A stretch of 63,547 nucleotides of DNA, counting the filler. It is 9 parts of 9 records of this genome, joined end to end, with 100 filler letters (N's around TTAATTAATTAA, not from the genome) between each part and the next. Parts side by side here need not be neighbours in the genome. Positions count along the whole stretch, not along the records: positions 1 to 6,826 come from SRR31147125_32549; positions 6,927 to 13,153 come from SRR31147125_32551; 7 more parts are not named here. The stretch is one strand, 5' to 3'. A model generated the notes under the pieces. The model was not told where the DNA came from and searched no databases. It worked only from the letters and a program-made list of their open reading frames with translations. A program made the translations under genes and the position numbers. Of the stretch, positions 1-11,100 are shown piece by piece. Every line of letters begins with the position of its first letter. Position 1 is the first letter of the stretch.

Positions 1-80
1 CCTAAAGGGTTCGCAATGACTAAATATTGTACTCCCATTTAGCCAGCAGAAGTTCTTAATCCAGAATAACACTGCAAAAT

Positions 81-123
81 AAAAAAAGGGACGGAGCAAA
101 TACTCTATATTTGCTCCATCCCC
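81..123 (-). terminator. Intrinsic terminator after dksA
   Basis: Hairpin GGGACGGAGCAAATA/TATTTGCTCCATCCC with an adjacent A-run on + (U-tract on -), 20 bp past the stop codon. Confidence 0.7.
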
Positions 124-142
124 TAATGTATTTTTCAGCTAA

Positions 143-508
143 TTATTCGGCGTATGTTTTTTCTACTTTTTCCTGATCTTCTTTACAACGAATGCAAAGA
201 TCAGTAACAGGTCTAGCTTCCAATCTTTTTACGCCAATATCTTCACCACAAGCTTCACAGACACCGTACTCTCCCTCATCAATCTTTTTAAGGGCTTTAT
301 CTATTTTTTTGAGAAGAACTCTTTCGCGATCTCTTAGTCTCAAATTCATAGCCTGTCCAGCTTCTGAAGTTGCTAAATCGACTTCATCTGGTAAATCATT
401 CTTATCAAAACCCATCCCCTCTTCGCGGGTGCTGTCTGCTTGGTCAATAACTTGATCTTTTCTCTCCAAAAGCAGCTTTTTAAAACGTTCTATCTCTTTT
501 TTCTTCAT
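143..508 (-). CDS. dksA: RNA polymerase-binding DksA/TraR C4 zinc-finger protein
   Basis: Coiled coil with DEVDLA (DxxDxA) tip and CEAC..RLEARP..LCIRC zinc finger. Start moved to ATG 508, which follows a GGAGGAG RBS. Confidence 0.9.
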   Translation of the reverse strand: MKKKEIERFKKLLLERKDQVIDQADSTREEGMGFDKNDLPDEVDLATSEAGQAMNLRLRDRERVLLKKIDKALKKIDEGEYGVCEACGEDIGVKRLEARPVTDLCIRCKEDQEKVEKTYAE

Positions 509-706
509 CTCTCCTCCGGAAAATTTAGCTACAGTATAATAAAGGCTGGTCATAATCTACAAGTAAGTCCGTTTTGTCAATTCAAAAATTTCAATGAATT
601 TTTCCCTATTATTTCAAAGCGTTAAGCAGCTAATAAACTGAAAAATCCTTTTCACAAAAAAAGACTCCTTGCAAATGGGCAAAAGAAGATTTATAGATGG
701 AGGAGT

Positions 707-1015
707 ATGAAGAATAACGCACGTTTCCAGACAATCTCTAAATTAATCGACGAATGGTTCGATTCAAAAGATTTCACAAAGAAAAGAACGAACTTCAACG
801 CATTTCACAGCTGGGAAAAGATCGTCGGTCGTCAAATAGCTGAAAACACAGAACCTGTTAAGTTCTATAACGATATTCTTGTTGTAAATGTAAAAAATTC
901 GGTTTGGACTCAAGAATTGCAATATATGAAGCCGGAAATATTAGATAAAATTCGAAATCTTTTACCCAACACTCAAATCAGGGATCTTCAATTCAAAGTT
1001 GGAAAAGTAAGCTAG
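707..1015 (+). CDS. DUF721/DciA family protein
   Basis: W..IVG..IA..T.P and L.V.V.NSVW.QEL motifs. Confidence 0.8.
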   Translation: MKNNARFQTISKLIDEWFDSKDFTKKRTNFNAFHSWEKIVGRQIAENTEPVKFYNDILVVNVKNSVWTQELQYMKPEILDKIRNLLPNTQIRDLQFKVGKVS

Positions 1016-1650
1016 ACTTCCTGAAACTTTCTAATGACTTCATCTGCCGGAATTGCACCATCACGAATAACTCGCATTGTTTCATCTGCAACATCAACAA
1101 CAGTTGAACCAAGAGTTGGTTCAGACTCCCCCGCATCTATTATGCAAGGCAACTTATCTTTAAAGTAGTTTTGAATATGCTTCACATTTAGTGAAGGTGG
1201 GAAACTCGACAAATTCGCACTTGTTGTCGTGAGAGGCTTACCAACCGCTGTAACCAATGCAGTCGCAACTGGATGGGATGATATACGCACACCAATTTTA
1301 CCAGTATTTGTAATTAATGACTTTGAAATTGTGCTGGCTGCGGGGAAACAGATCGTAAGAGGTCCTGGCCAAAAAGATCTGATTAAATTTTTTGCAGGCT
1401 CTGGCACATTGGCAACAACCTGGTTCAACATATCAATACCATCAACAAGTATTGAAATTGGCAAACCATAGTCACGCTGCTTTAACTTAAATATTTTTTT
1501 AATAGCCTTATTATTAAAGACATCTGTCCCCAAACCATAAATTGTTTCAGTTGGATAGGCAATCACTTCACCAGCTTTTATATATTCAGCAGCTTTTGCA
1601 ATTGAATCTGGATCTGGATCTCTTGGGTTTACGGAAATTATCTCTGTCAT
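1012..1650 (-). CDS. tsaC: L-threonylcarbamoyladenylate synthase (TsaC/Sua5/YrdC)
   Basis: YPTETIYGL, WPGPLT, TTSANLS, STVVD motifs. Confidence 0.95.
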   Translation of the reverse strand: MTEIISVNPRDPDPDSIAKAAEYIKAGEVIAYPTETIYGLGTDVFNNKAIKKIFKLKQRDYGLPISILVDGIDMLNQVVANVPEPAKNLIRSFWPGPLTICFPAASTISKSLITNTGKIGVRISSHPVATALVTAVGKPLTTTSANLSSFPPSLNVKHIQNYFKDKLPCIIDAGESEPTLGSTVVDVADETMRVIRDGAIPADEVIRKFQEV

Positions 1651-1661
1651 TCTTCTTTTCC

Positions 1662-2156
1662 TTAGCTAATCTTTTTATTCTTCTCTTCAACCTGTTTGGC
1701 CATCATTACTTTGTATTCTTCTAACTTTTTAGACAAACCGTCATCAGAGAGTGCTAACATCTGAATTGCTAAAAGCCCAGCATTTTTTCCGCCGGCTTTA
1801 CCAACTGTAACTGTTGCAACAGGAATTCCTGATGGCATCTGAACCATTGCCAAGAGAGAATCAAAACCATTAAAGGATGAACCCTCTAGAGGAACACCTA
1901 TAACTGGCAGTGTTGTATGAGCCGCCAAAACACCTGCCAAGTGGGCAGCATAACCAGCACCGGCGATAATGACCTTCATCCCGTTTTCTTTAGCTGTCTT
2001 TGCATACTCTGCAGCTTTGTCCGGAGTTCTATGAGCTGAAGCAATAATCATCTCAGACGAAACCCCGAATTCATCCAAAACAGCTTTTGTTTTTTTCATA
2101 ACTTCCAAATCAGAATCTGACCCCATTACAATTCCAACTAAAGGTTTTTCACTCAT
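1662..2156 (-). CDS. purE: N5-CAIR mutase
   Basis: MGSDSD, SAHRTP, AAHLAG, VQMPSGIPVATV. Confidence 0.97.
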   Translation of the reverse strand: MSEKPLVGIVMGSDSDLEVMKKTKAVLDEFGVSSEMIIASAHRTPDKAAEYAKTAKENGMKVIIAGAGYAAHLAGVLAAHTTLPVIGVPLEGSSFNGFDSLLAMVQMPSGIPVATVTVGKAGGKNAGLLAIQMLALSDDGLSKKLEEYKVMMAKQVEEKNKKIS

Positions 2157-2190
2157 AGCCTCTCCTTATAGATAAGATAGTTAAACAATT

Positions 2191-3489
2191 TTAATACAAA
2201 TTCATCTGGCCTGTCTCTTCATATTTAAGAGCTTTGGCTCCAATATCTTTTCTAAAATGTGCACCTTCCCACTTTATCTTTTCAACTGCTGTATAAGCAT
2301 TTTCAATTGCAGCCTTGATAGTTTCACCTTTTGCCGTCACTCCAAGAACTCTGCCCCCGCTTGTCACCCAGTTCCCGCCATCTTTTTTTGTTCCAGCATG
2401 AAAGACTTCGACATCCTCCAACATTTCTGCATCATCAATTCCCGTAATAGGCAAGCCCTTTTCGTAGTTACCAGGATAACCCCTTGATGCCATTACAACA
2501 CAAACTGAAGCCTGCTTATCCCATTCAAGATTTATGTCAGGAAGCGTCCCTTCAATTGCAGCTTCAAAGAGTTCAACGATATCATTATTCATTCTAGCCA
2601 AAAGAGGTTGAGTCTCAGGATCTCCACCTCGAACATTATATTCCAACACATATGGCTTTCCATTTTTTATCATCAAACCAGCGTACAAAAAGCCAACAAA
2701 CTTACGACCCTCGTTCTTCATTCCTTCAATAGTGGGCTTCATTACCTGCTCCATTACAATCTCGCCCATCTCTTTTGTAACTACTGGAGCTGGAGAATAA
2801 GCGCCCATTCCACCTGTGTTTGGCCCTTGGTCACCATCATAGACCGCCTTGTGATCTTGGCTTGAGGCAAGAGGCAAAATATTATCTCCATCAGAAATTG
2901 CGATAAATGAAGCCTCTTCTCCTTCTAAAAACTCTTCGATAACAACCGAGCTCCCAGCATCACCAAACTGCTTTCTCTTTAAGATTGAATCAATCGCAAC
3001 ATCTGCGTCACCTTTATCTTTGCAAATTATGACACCTTTTCCAGCAGCCAAGCCATCGGCTTTTACCACTAGAGGGTATTTTTGATTTTTTACATAATCT
3101 TTTGCTTCAGAAGGATTTGTAAAGGCTGAGTAATTTGCAGTTGGAATATTGTACTTCGTTAGGAATTTTTTCATGAAGGATTTTGAACCTTCTAATATAG
3201 CCGCTCTCTTATCTGGTCCAAATATAGAAAGTCCTCTTCTTTTAAATTCATCAATGACACCATTTACAAGGGGAAGCTCAGGGCCAACAACAGTAAGATC
3301 AATTTTCTCTTTTTCGGCAAATGCAGCCAAAGCGTTAATATCGCTTGCAGATATAGAGACTGTCTCTGCAACTTGGTTTATTCCAGCATTTCCAGGAGCA
3401 CAGAAGACCTTATCAACTTTACTACTTTGAGCAATTTTCCAACATAAGGCATGTTCTCTACCACCTGAACCGACTACCAATACTCGCAT
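2191..3489 (-). CDS. purD: Phosphoribosylamine-glycine ligase
   Basis: GSGGREHAL, KADGLAAGKGV, GPNTGGMGAYSP, GDPETQ. Confidence 0.98.
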   Translation of the reverse strand: MRVLVVGSGGREHALCWKIAQSSKVDKVFCAPGNAGINQVAETVSISASDINALAAFAEKEKIDLTVVGPELPLVNGVIDEFKRRGLSIFGPDKRAAILEGSKSFMKKFLTKYNIPTANYSAFTNPSEAKDYVKNQKYPLVVKADGLAAGKGVIICKDKGDADVAIDSILKRKQFGDAGSSVVIEEFLEGEEASFIAISDGDNILPLASSQDHKAVYDGDQGPNTGGMGAYSPAPVVTKEMGEIVMEQVMKPTIEGMKNEGRKFVGFLYAGLMIKNGKPYVLEYNVRGGDPETQPLLARMNNDIVELFEAAIEGTLPDINLEWDKQASVCVVMASRGYPGNYEKGLPITGIDDAEMLEDVEVFHAGTKKDGGNWVTSGGRVLGVTAKGETIKAAIENAYTAVEKIKWEGAHFRKDIGAKALKYEETGQMNLY

Positions 3490-3647
3490 AAACCATCCCC
3501 TTAATTAAATATTCATTAAAATCATTCAGTTAGCTTTGAATTCGATCGGAAATATATGACAAGTGCATATAAGGATTTTGAGCGTAAGTCAAGAAAGCAA
3601 AGATTTCAAACCATTGGCAACCCCTGGGGTTGACCTTGGTTATTACA

Positions 3648-3679
3648 ATGCCCGATGTAGGGGTATCTACATCGGGCAT
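3648..3679 (-). terminator. 13-bp perfect hairpin downstream of the Cys-rich protein gene
   Basis: ATGCCCGATGTAG-gggtat-CTACATCGGGCAT; no strong U-tract. Confidence 0.5.
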
Positions 3680-3705
3680 CTAAAAGGGTATGCTACATGA
3701 TTTTC

Positions 3706-6700
3706 TTACTTCTTATCTCTAACCTCCTCCTTTTTTATTTTTACTCTACATTCCTTTCTACTGATTAACCACCATCTGCCGATCCACCAGAGTAGACCAG
3801 ACATTATAATTATAATAAATATATTGATTAGCGGCATACGGCCCTCACTCTTTATCAATGAGCAACTACCACCAGCTATACCGATCTGCTGACCTGGAAG
3901 TAATGTTGGACCTATAATGGCAGGATCTTCACCTTCTGCTGGTTCCTCGACAGGCCTCAAGAAAGATAACTTAATCTCATCACTGCCCTTCAAGCCTAAT
4001 GCGTCTGAAGCCTCCGCTCTTAAAACAACCTCTTCACCAGGTATATTATCCCAATTAACTGTAACAACATCACCCTCAACCGTTAGCTCATCAGAAACAT
4101 CAACGCCATCTGGTGTTTCAGCACTGAACTCCAACTCACTATCTGCACCAGCTGGATCTCTGTAGACTGCCTTATATGTGAACGGTGAAACGGTTACAGA
4201 TTCTGAAGCAGACTTCTCTTCACCCGTTGGGACAGGAACATTCATTGAGAAGTCGGTTTTGACGTTTAGAGAGGCCTCAACCTTGTCACCTTCCTGAACT
4301 GGTCTTAGCATTACAAATGGAGCTTCGTTTCTGCTGTAGAAGATAAATGCAGCTACGTCTTTTTCATCGTCTGGCTTAATATTGTCATAGAAGAGGACAA
4401 CATCAGGACCATTAGGATCGACGATTTCATTAACAACGGTTGGAAGTTTTGGTTTTGAGAATAGACCTGACAACTTATCCTGATCAATAGCAGATTCTGG
4501 TCTTAGATCCTCTTTATCCTTTGAGATCGATTCAACCTCAAGGTCTGGCAAGATTCTCATCATTCTGACTGAGTTACCAGTCTCTGAGTAAAGAACGTTA
4601 CCATAGCGATCATATTCAAAGATCTTCTTATCTTCATTCTTTTTAATAAATGGTTCAAAGAGACCTAAGCTAAGTTTACTTCTTTCGCTTGGCATGAGCA
4701 ATTTTTCATCATCATTGTTAATCTTGACTGCTTCAACATTCCATTTTGGACCTATAGCTTGATCTACAGTATCAACAACAATACCAGCCTTAACAATTGC
4801 AGAAGCGCCGACCCACATATCGATCTGTTTTGCTTGGCCTAGGTGTAATCCACTATCAACACCTGCAGCCTTAGCACCCTCAGGAACGTTAACTGAGGAA
4901 TCTGCAGCATCTAGAATAAACGACTTATGCATTGCAACTAGAGGTATATGATCTGCTTCACCAAGATCACATGTCCAACCTTCATCAACATGCTTACAAT
5001 CCATGAAAGCGGCTACTGCTTCTTCTTCAGATTTTTGTCTAAAGATTAGGATATTATCACTTGAAGCGATATCGATAACAACTTCACCAATTCCAGCCAA
5101 CTCATCAATATCAATCATTGTAAGATCCATTACTAGACCTTTTTCAATATCCATCTTAGCAATAGCTATTACATCTCTTACTTCAAGATTACTAACCTGA
5201 TCTATTCCTTGACCCTGACCCTGACCAGTTCCCTGACCTAATCCTTGACCTGGGTTGTCAGCACCTTGGACGAAAGCATTTGCAGGAGCTTCGGCGTCAA
5301 GACCGTCATAGACCATCTTCATTGGCTGTTCATCCACAGGAGGCTCGGCTTCTGAATCAGCTTCACCTAGATCATCTTCAGGCTCAGCCTCTTCATCAAC
5401 ATTTATCTTTTCACTCTCTGCAACAACAACCTTCATGTACATAACAACTTCATCAACACCATCAGCATCTATATCTGCAACAGCACTTCCAACAATCGAA
5501 TCAATATGAACATCTTTACCATCTCTCTTCAGAGCAATCTTCTGTGGAGTTGCAACCCCGTCACCGGTTGAAATCATAAAGATCTCTTTTTCTCCAAAAC
5601 CGATTACCGAAGGAGCATTCTTACTCATCTTGAATCTATTGATTGAATTAACTGAATGATCATCCATTAAGAAAAGTTTTGCACCATCGTCTGGCTTTTC
5701 GATATCTATAATAGATATACCCTTGTCACCAAGAGCAACAACTTCGTTATCATATCTATTTGTCGAGCTATAGACTTCACTCTGTTTGGTTGAGACAGCT
5801 CTGGTCTTAGCACAATCAAAAGCCTCTGATGAACACTTCGCAACACATTCAGCGGCATCTTCAAGCTCAGCAGCTTCTAACAGGTCATCATCTGTCTTAC
5901 AAACTAGGTTTTTATCATCTTCACAGACATTAACCTTACATGGGTTACCTTCACAGGATTTACCCAAGCCTTCCAGAGGAGCTTTGTTTGAACAGAGGAC
6001 TCTTTCACCTTCACAAGTCCAAACACCCTTATGACATTCATCAAAACACTCTTGGTCTGGGACTCCGTCAAGCTCACCGCAACCACCACAAGGATTTTTG
6101 ACTTTACCAATACACTTCAGAGCATCCTCACCATCACACTGATAAGATCCGGTTCCACAAATTTCATCACTTGAACATTCGTCACCAAGACCTGCTACAA
6201 GATCAGAACATCCACCACAATCATTTCTAACCTCTTCATCTACTTCACCATCACAATCATTATCTAGATTATCACAAACTTCTAGTGCAGGCTCTGGAGC
6301 ATCACATTCACCCCATTTACCATTTTCACAAGTCTTATATCCACCTTCAGCACAGATTCCAAGAGCTTGATCTAGTCCTTCACCATATTTAAAACAATCT
6401 TGAACAATACCATTGATACAGTCACAAACATCCTCTTCGTTTGATTCGCCATCACAATCTTCATCCTTGTTATCATCGAGACATAGCTCTTCACCTGGTT
6501 CAATAATTTCAGCATTACATTTTAATTCTCCATCGATACATTCTTTAACACCTTCATCAAGACACTCACCTAAGAGGCCATTAGTACATTCATCACCGAG
6601 ACCTGCTATATTATCCAACTCACCATCACAGTCATCATCAGCACCCATATTCGTACAAGACTCTACCCCTGCCTCTCCGGCATTGGCACTACATTCAAGT

Positions 6701-6826
6701 GACAATTTATCTTCTGAACAGACCATGGCTCCTGTATCCTGACAAACACCAACACCATCTGAACATTCTTCACCAAGGGCTTCAAAACCTTCATCGACTT
6801 CACCATTACAGTTATCATCTATATTA
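3706..6826 (-). CDS. Large Cys/Asp-rich repeat surface protein with GGxCSL+TM C-terminal anchor (5'-truncated)
   Basis: Frame stays open to the contig end. Four D-[ND]-[DN]-C-[DN]-G-E-x-[DN]-like motifs, NxCGGC repeats, ADIDADGVDE loop, C-terminal GGSCSL-hydrophobic-basic tail. Confidence 0.8.
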
Positions 6827-6926
6827 NNNNNNNNNNNNNNNNNNNNNNNNNNNNNNNNNNNNNNNNNNNNTTAATTAATTAANNNNNNNNNNNNNNNNNN
6901 NNNNNNNNNNNNNNNNNNNNNNNNNN
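6827..6926. other. Artificial contig linker; also at 13154-13253, 22133-22232, 27934-28033, 35395-35494, 43737-43836, 49794-49893, 58125-58224
   Basis: Identical N-run + TTAATTAATTAA (stops in six frames) + N-run. Genes are cut and base composition changes at each junction. Confidence 0.99.
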
Positions 6927-7612
6927 AAAATCGCTTCCCTGACCCGCTACAAGACCACCAAATCCGAGGATAAATGGGTGGCATTGGATGAATACGTTAA
7001 AAATATGCAGGCGGACCAGAAGGAGATTTACTACATTACCGGTGACAAGCTGTCCGCGCTGCTCAACAGCCCGCACCTGGAAAAGTTGAAAGAGAAGGAC
7101 TACGAAGTTCTGCTAATGACCGATCCCGTTGATGAATGGGTCGTGCAGTCACTCACCGAATATGACGGAAAACCCTTGAAGAGCGCCGAAAAAGGCGACC
7201 TTGAGCTGGATGCGGTGGATGATACCAAGAAAGAGGCGTACAATGCCTTGTTCGGCTTCATCAAGGCCCAGCTGGAGGACAAAATCAAGGAAGTCAAACC
7301 CTCGACGCGGCTCAAGGAATCGGTCGCCTGCCTCTCCGGAGACACATGGGACATGAGCGCATATATGGAAAAATTGCTCAAGGCGTCTGGGCAGGCGCCC
7401 CCGAGGCCAAGCGCGTTCTTGAATTGAATATGGACCATCCGGTGGTGGAGAAGATCAAAGCCCTCTATGAAGGCGATCGCGATAATGCCCAATTGAAAGA
7501 CTACAGCCGGATTTTGTTTGACATGGCAGTGGTTAGCGAAGGTGGCAAGTTGGACAACCCGGCGCGGTTCTCCAAGATGGTGGGCGATCTGATGGCCCGG
7601 GCCATGGAATAA
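6927..7612 (+). CDS. htpG: Hsp90 chaperone HtpG, 3' part (apparent frameshift near 7397-7401)
   Basis: QKEIYYITG, SPHLE, DPVDEW; KRVLELNMDHP continues in another frame after a C5 run. Confidence 0.92.
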
Positions 7613-7718
7613 GATTCGTTTCACCCAACGGGGCGGCCCGGTTAGTGCCCATCCATAAATGACCCTTGGGCGCAATTTTGGATGGACGCTAATTGGAACC
7701 GCCCGATTGGTCGGCCAC

Positions 7719-7931
7719 TTATTCCGAAGAATACTTGAAGGACAAATTCACCCGGGCGCGAAAAGCCGTCACCTTACCCTCTTCCACGCGCATATCCAAC
7801 TTGGTGATTTCCGCTATCCTCAAATCCTTCAATGATTTGGATGCGGTTTCAATGGCATTTTTAGCCGCTTCTTCCCAGGAACTCGGACTCGTCCCTACCA
7901 ACTCGATGACTTTGTAAATGCTATCGCCCAT
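7719..7931 (-). CDS. Dodecin family flavin-binding protein
   Basis: YKVIELVGTS..SWEEAAKNA...LSFKY, 70 aa. Confidence 0.9.
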   Translation of the reverse strand: MGDSIYKVIELVGTSPSSWEEAAKNAIETASKSLKDLRIAEITKLDMRVEEGKVTAFRARVNLSFKYSSE

Positions 7932-8257
7932 GATTTCCCCCTTTTTTGGGTTATGGTGGTCCGCTGGAATGACCCATTCATTGCAGCGGCTGGCTGGTCG
8001 ATTGTGCGGCGATCATTCAACTATAGCAGTTCTCAAAAATCCAAGGGTCGGCATCGTGGAAGCGATTGTATGAATCAGGCAAGAAAGATTGTTTTAGCTT
8101 ATTACGGGCCACGCACCCGGTCAAGGGCAATTCTGGCGGCGGCATCGGCGGCGGATTGAAATGGCTGAAAAAAACGGTAGAACAAGATGCCGTTATTGTT
8201 TAAGATAAATTTTGGCATGGATTATCTTGACGCTTTTGCAGTGAGGAGCGATCGCCA

Positions 8258-9210
8258 ATGAAGTCGGTGAAATGGCTGTTTCATCCCATCCTGGTGTTTA
8301 TCTATTCTGTTTCCGCCCTGGTGGCATCCCTTTTTTGTATATATACTGGTATATTGAAGTCAGCACGGGGCTTCGCTCGACCATTGAGCGGCTCAATGTG
8401 GAGCCGGATCAGGTGTTTGCCGCCGACACCTGGGTGGTGATTCTTGTCCTGAGCATTCTGATCGGCATTATCTTGATGGGCATTTTCATCATTTTTGTGT
8501 TCAGCCAGAAAACCATGCAATTATATCGCATGCAAAACAATTTCATTAATAACTTCACCCACGAGCTGAAAACACCGGTGACCTCCTTGCAGCTTTTCCT
8601 GCAAACCTTTTCCAAGCATGCGCTTTCGCGTGAGGATCAATTGAAATATATCCAGTACATGCTGACTGATGTGAATCGTCTGGCAGAAAATATCAGCCGC
8701 ATCCTGGACCTGGCCAAACTTGAAGCCCGAAGCTACATGGGGGACTTCGTCGTCTGTGATGTGATTCAGGTCATGCAGCGATTTGTGAAAGATAACGCCC
8801 ACCTGTTCGGTGATTCCCGGATTACCATCCACCATCCGCCAACCCGGCCGCTTTATCAGCGCATCAACCGCCACCTGTTCGAAATGCTGCTAATGAACAT
8901 GCTTACCAATGCCATAAAATACAATACCGCTGAAAAACCGCAGGTGGATATCACCATCGAATCCAGACGGCGCAATACGCACATCAGATTTACCGACAAC
9001 GGCATCGGATTCGACCGCAAGGAGATGAAAAAGATATTCGGGAAATTTTACCAGATCGGTCGCTCGGACAATATGACGGCCAAGGGAAGCGGGCTGGGCC
9101 TGTATCTGGTGAAAAACATCGTCCGTTTGCACAAAGGCAGAGTACGGGCGGAGAGCCCGGGACGCGGCAAGGGGTCAACCTTTACCCTTATTCTGCCGGC
9201 AATGGCTTAA
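8258..9210 (+). CDS. Sensor histidine kinase (apparent frameshift at T-run near 8332-8337)
   Basis: H-box THELKTP, N-box NAIKY, DNGIG, GSGLGL. N-terminal TM segment lies in the 8258 ATG frame, which has a GAGGAG RBS. Confidence 0.9.
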
Positions 9211-9240
9211 TGCATACCGGTAACATATGGAGGAACATCG

Positions 9241-9960
9241 ATGGCTTCTTCCAAAAAACTGATTCTAATCGTCGAGGATGATCGTCATATTGCCGAGGGC
9301 ATCCGGTTGAACCTTACCCTCCAGGGGTATGACGTTATCGTTGCGGCCGACGGCGTGGCGGGGGTGAACCGCTGGAAGGAAAATCGTCCGGACCTGGTGA
9401 TTCTGGATATCATGCTGCCAGGGATAGATGGCCTTTCCATCCTGCAGAGTGTCCGTCTCGAGGATGAGCGCCTGCCCATTTTGATCCTATCGGCCAAGGG
9501 CGATCCATCCGATCGGATCAAGGGACTTGCCCTGGGAGGAGATGATTATCTGCCCAAGCCGTTCAACCTTGAAGAGCTGCTCTTACGTGTGGAGCGGCTA
9601 TTGAAGCGCGGAGGGTGGACCCAGGAGAACGGTGGGCCGGTGGAACCAATCGTCAACACCTATCAGTTCGGCGGCAATCACATTGATTTTTCCACCAATA
9701 CCGCCCATTGCCGCATGGGTGAAATATCCCTCACCGAACAGGAAGCCAAAGTCCTCAAGCTGTTCGTCACCCACCGCGGCAAACCCCTTTCCCGTGATAC
9801 GTTGCTGCAAATCGGGTGGGGCTATTCACGTAAAACCAGCACACGAACGGTGGATAATTTTATCGTTCGATTCCGCAAATATTTTGAAACCGACCCCAAG
9901 CAGCCCATCTACTTTAAGAGCCTCCGGTCCATTGGCTATCTTTTCGACCATGACGCCTGA
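9241..9960 (+). CDS. OmpR-family response regulator
   Basis: VEDD, LDIMLP, DDYLPKPF, winged helix TRTVDNFIVR..R.IGY. Confidence 0.95.
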   Translation: MASSKKLILIVEDDRHIAEGIRLNLTLQGYDVIVAADGVAGVNRWKENRPDLVILDIMLPGIDGLSILQSVRLEDERLPILILSAKGDPSDRIKGLALGGDDYLPKPFNLEELLLRVERLLKRGGWTQENGGPVEPIVNTYQFGGNHIDFSTNTAHCRMGEISLTEQEAKVLKLFVTHRGKPLSRDTLLQIGWGYSRKTSTRTVDNFIVRFRKYFETDPKQPIYFKSLRSIGYLFDHDA

Positions 9961-10044
9961 TGGGCGTTGCCGGTTGGAAAATCCTGCCGGCATGTCGGCC
10001 CTAAAGGATTGGATGGCAATCGTCCATGGCTGTTTGACTGATCC

Positions 10045-10929
10045 TCAAACGGACGCCGCCAACAGTGCTCCGGTTGCCGCCAGGGCAATGGCCACCAGCC
10101 TCGGTAAGGTCACCGGTTCCTTAAGGAAAATCGCGGCCAGCACAAAGGTGAAAATTGTGGCCAGCTGGTTGAGAATGGCGGCAACCGAAACCAGTGTGTA
10201 TTTAAACCCAGCCAGCCAGGCCAGCATGGCCAGATAATTACCCACAACGGATCCGGGCAAGGCTGTTTTCCAGGCTGCGGATGGCTTGAACACCCCCATA
10301 ATCGTCTTTCTGCGGGGATGCATGGCGGTAATGATCATCAATCCGGCCACACCTGCCAACAGCCTGACAAAGCTGGCCCACAAAATGTTGGTGTGCGCCA
10401 AAAGCGGCTTGACCATCACGATACTGCCGGCCAGTAAGCCCACCGCAATCATACCCAGGCCCAATCCGCTAAAAAAGTCGCCTCGCGAACAATCGACGCT
10501 TTTTCCTGAATAGGATCCGGCCAGAATGCCCATGATCACCAAGGATGCCCCGGCCAATCCTTTAAGCCCAATGGATTCATCCAGAAAGAGATAGGAGAAG
10601 GCGATTATGAAGGGAAGATAAAGGCAATCCACAACGGCCCAGAGGCCGGCCCCCAGACGCTTCAGGGCCATGAAAAAGAAATTGTCGGCCAGGGTAACGC
10701 CCATGACACCGGAAATGCCGAACATCAGCCAGTCGCCGGGCGGGCACGAGGGAAACATGGGGACTCCGGCGATCCAAAGGGTCGGCACCACCAACGCCAG
10801 GGTTACAACGCCCTTGTACAGGTTCAGTGCCGTTGGCGAAAGAACATCGCCGCTCATCTTAAACATGATGACGGCCATGGCCCAGAACAGGGCCGCGCCG
10901 ATCGAGCAAAGGATGCCGACGAGTTGCAT
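10045..10929 (-). CDS. DMT/EamA family transporter
   Basis: About 10 TM helices in two repeats with FLDE/FLKEP motifs; start trimmed to ATG 10929. Confidence 0.88.
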   Translation of the reverse strand: MQLVGILCSIGAALFWAMAVIMFKMSGDVLSPTALNLYKGVVTLALVVPTLWIAGVPMFPSCPPGDWLMFGISGVMGVTLADNFFFMALKRLGAGLWAVVDCLYLPFIIAFSYLFLDESIGLKGLAGASLVIMGILAGSYSGKSVDCSRGDFFSGLGLGMIAVGLLAGSIVMVKPLLAHTNILWASFVRLLAGVAGLMIITAMHPRRKTIMGVFKPSAAWKTALPGSVVGNYLAMLAWLAGFKYTLVSVAAILNQLATIFTFVLAAIFLKEPVTLPRLVAIALAATGALLAASV

Positions 10930-11100
10930 AGGGGAATCCGATTTATTGGTATCGTTTAAGGGGGGTGAATGTGTCCTACGCCCAATTTGGGTGTGTTTAA
11001 CGTGGCCCGGGCCACCATGCCGGGCTTGAACCGGGATCCGGAACACACTGAAAACGCGGGATGCCGACTCTCACCGGAATGGTGGCGGATCATGGACCCG

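Noticed and set aside
1-20. TCGCAATGAC, resembling the end of a REP-like repeat
   Set aside because: Truncated at the window edge; the partner arm is not visible
8213-8229. Sigma-54 promoter upstream of the kinase (TGGCATG)
   Set aside because: No GC at the -12 position with the required spacing
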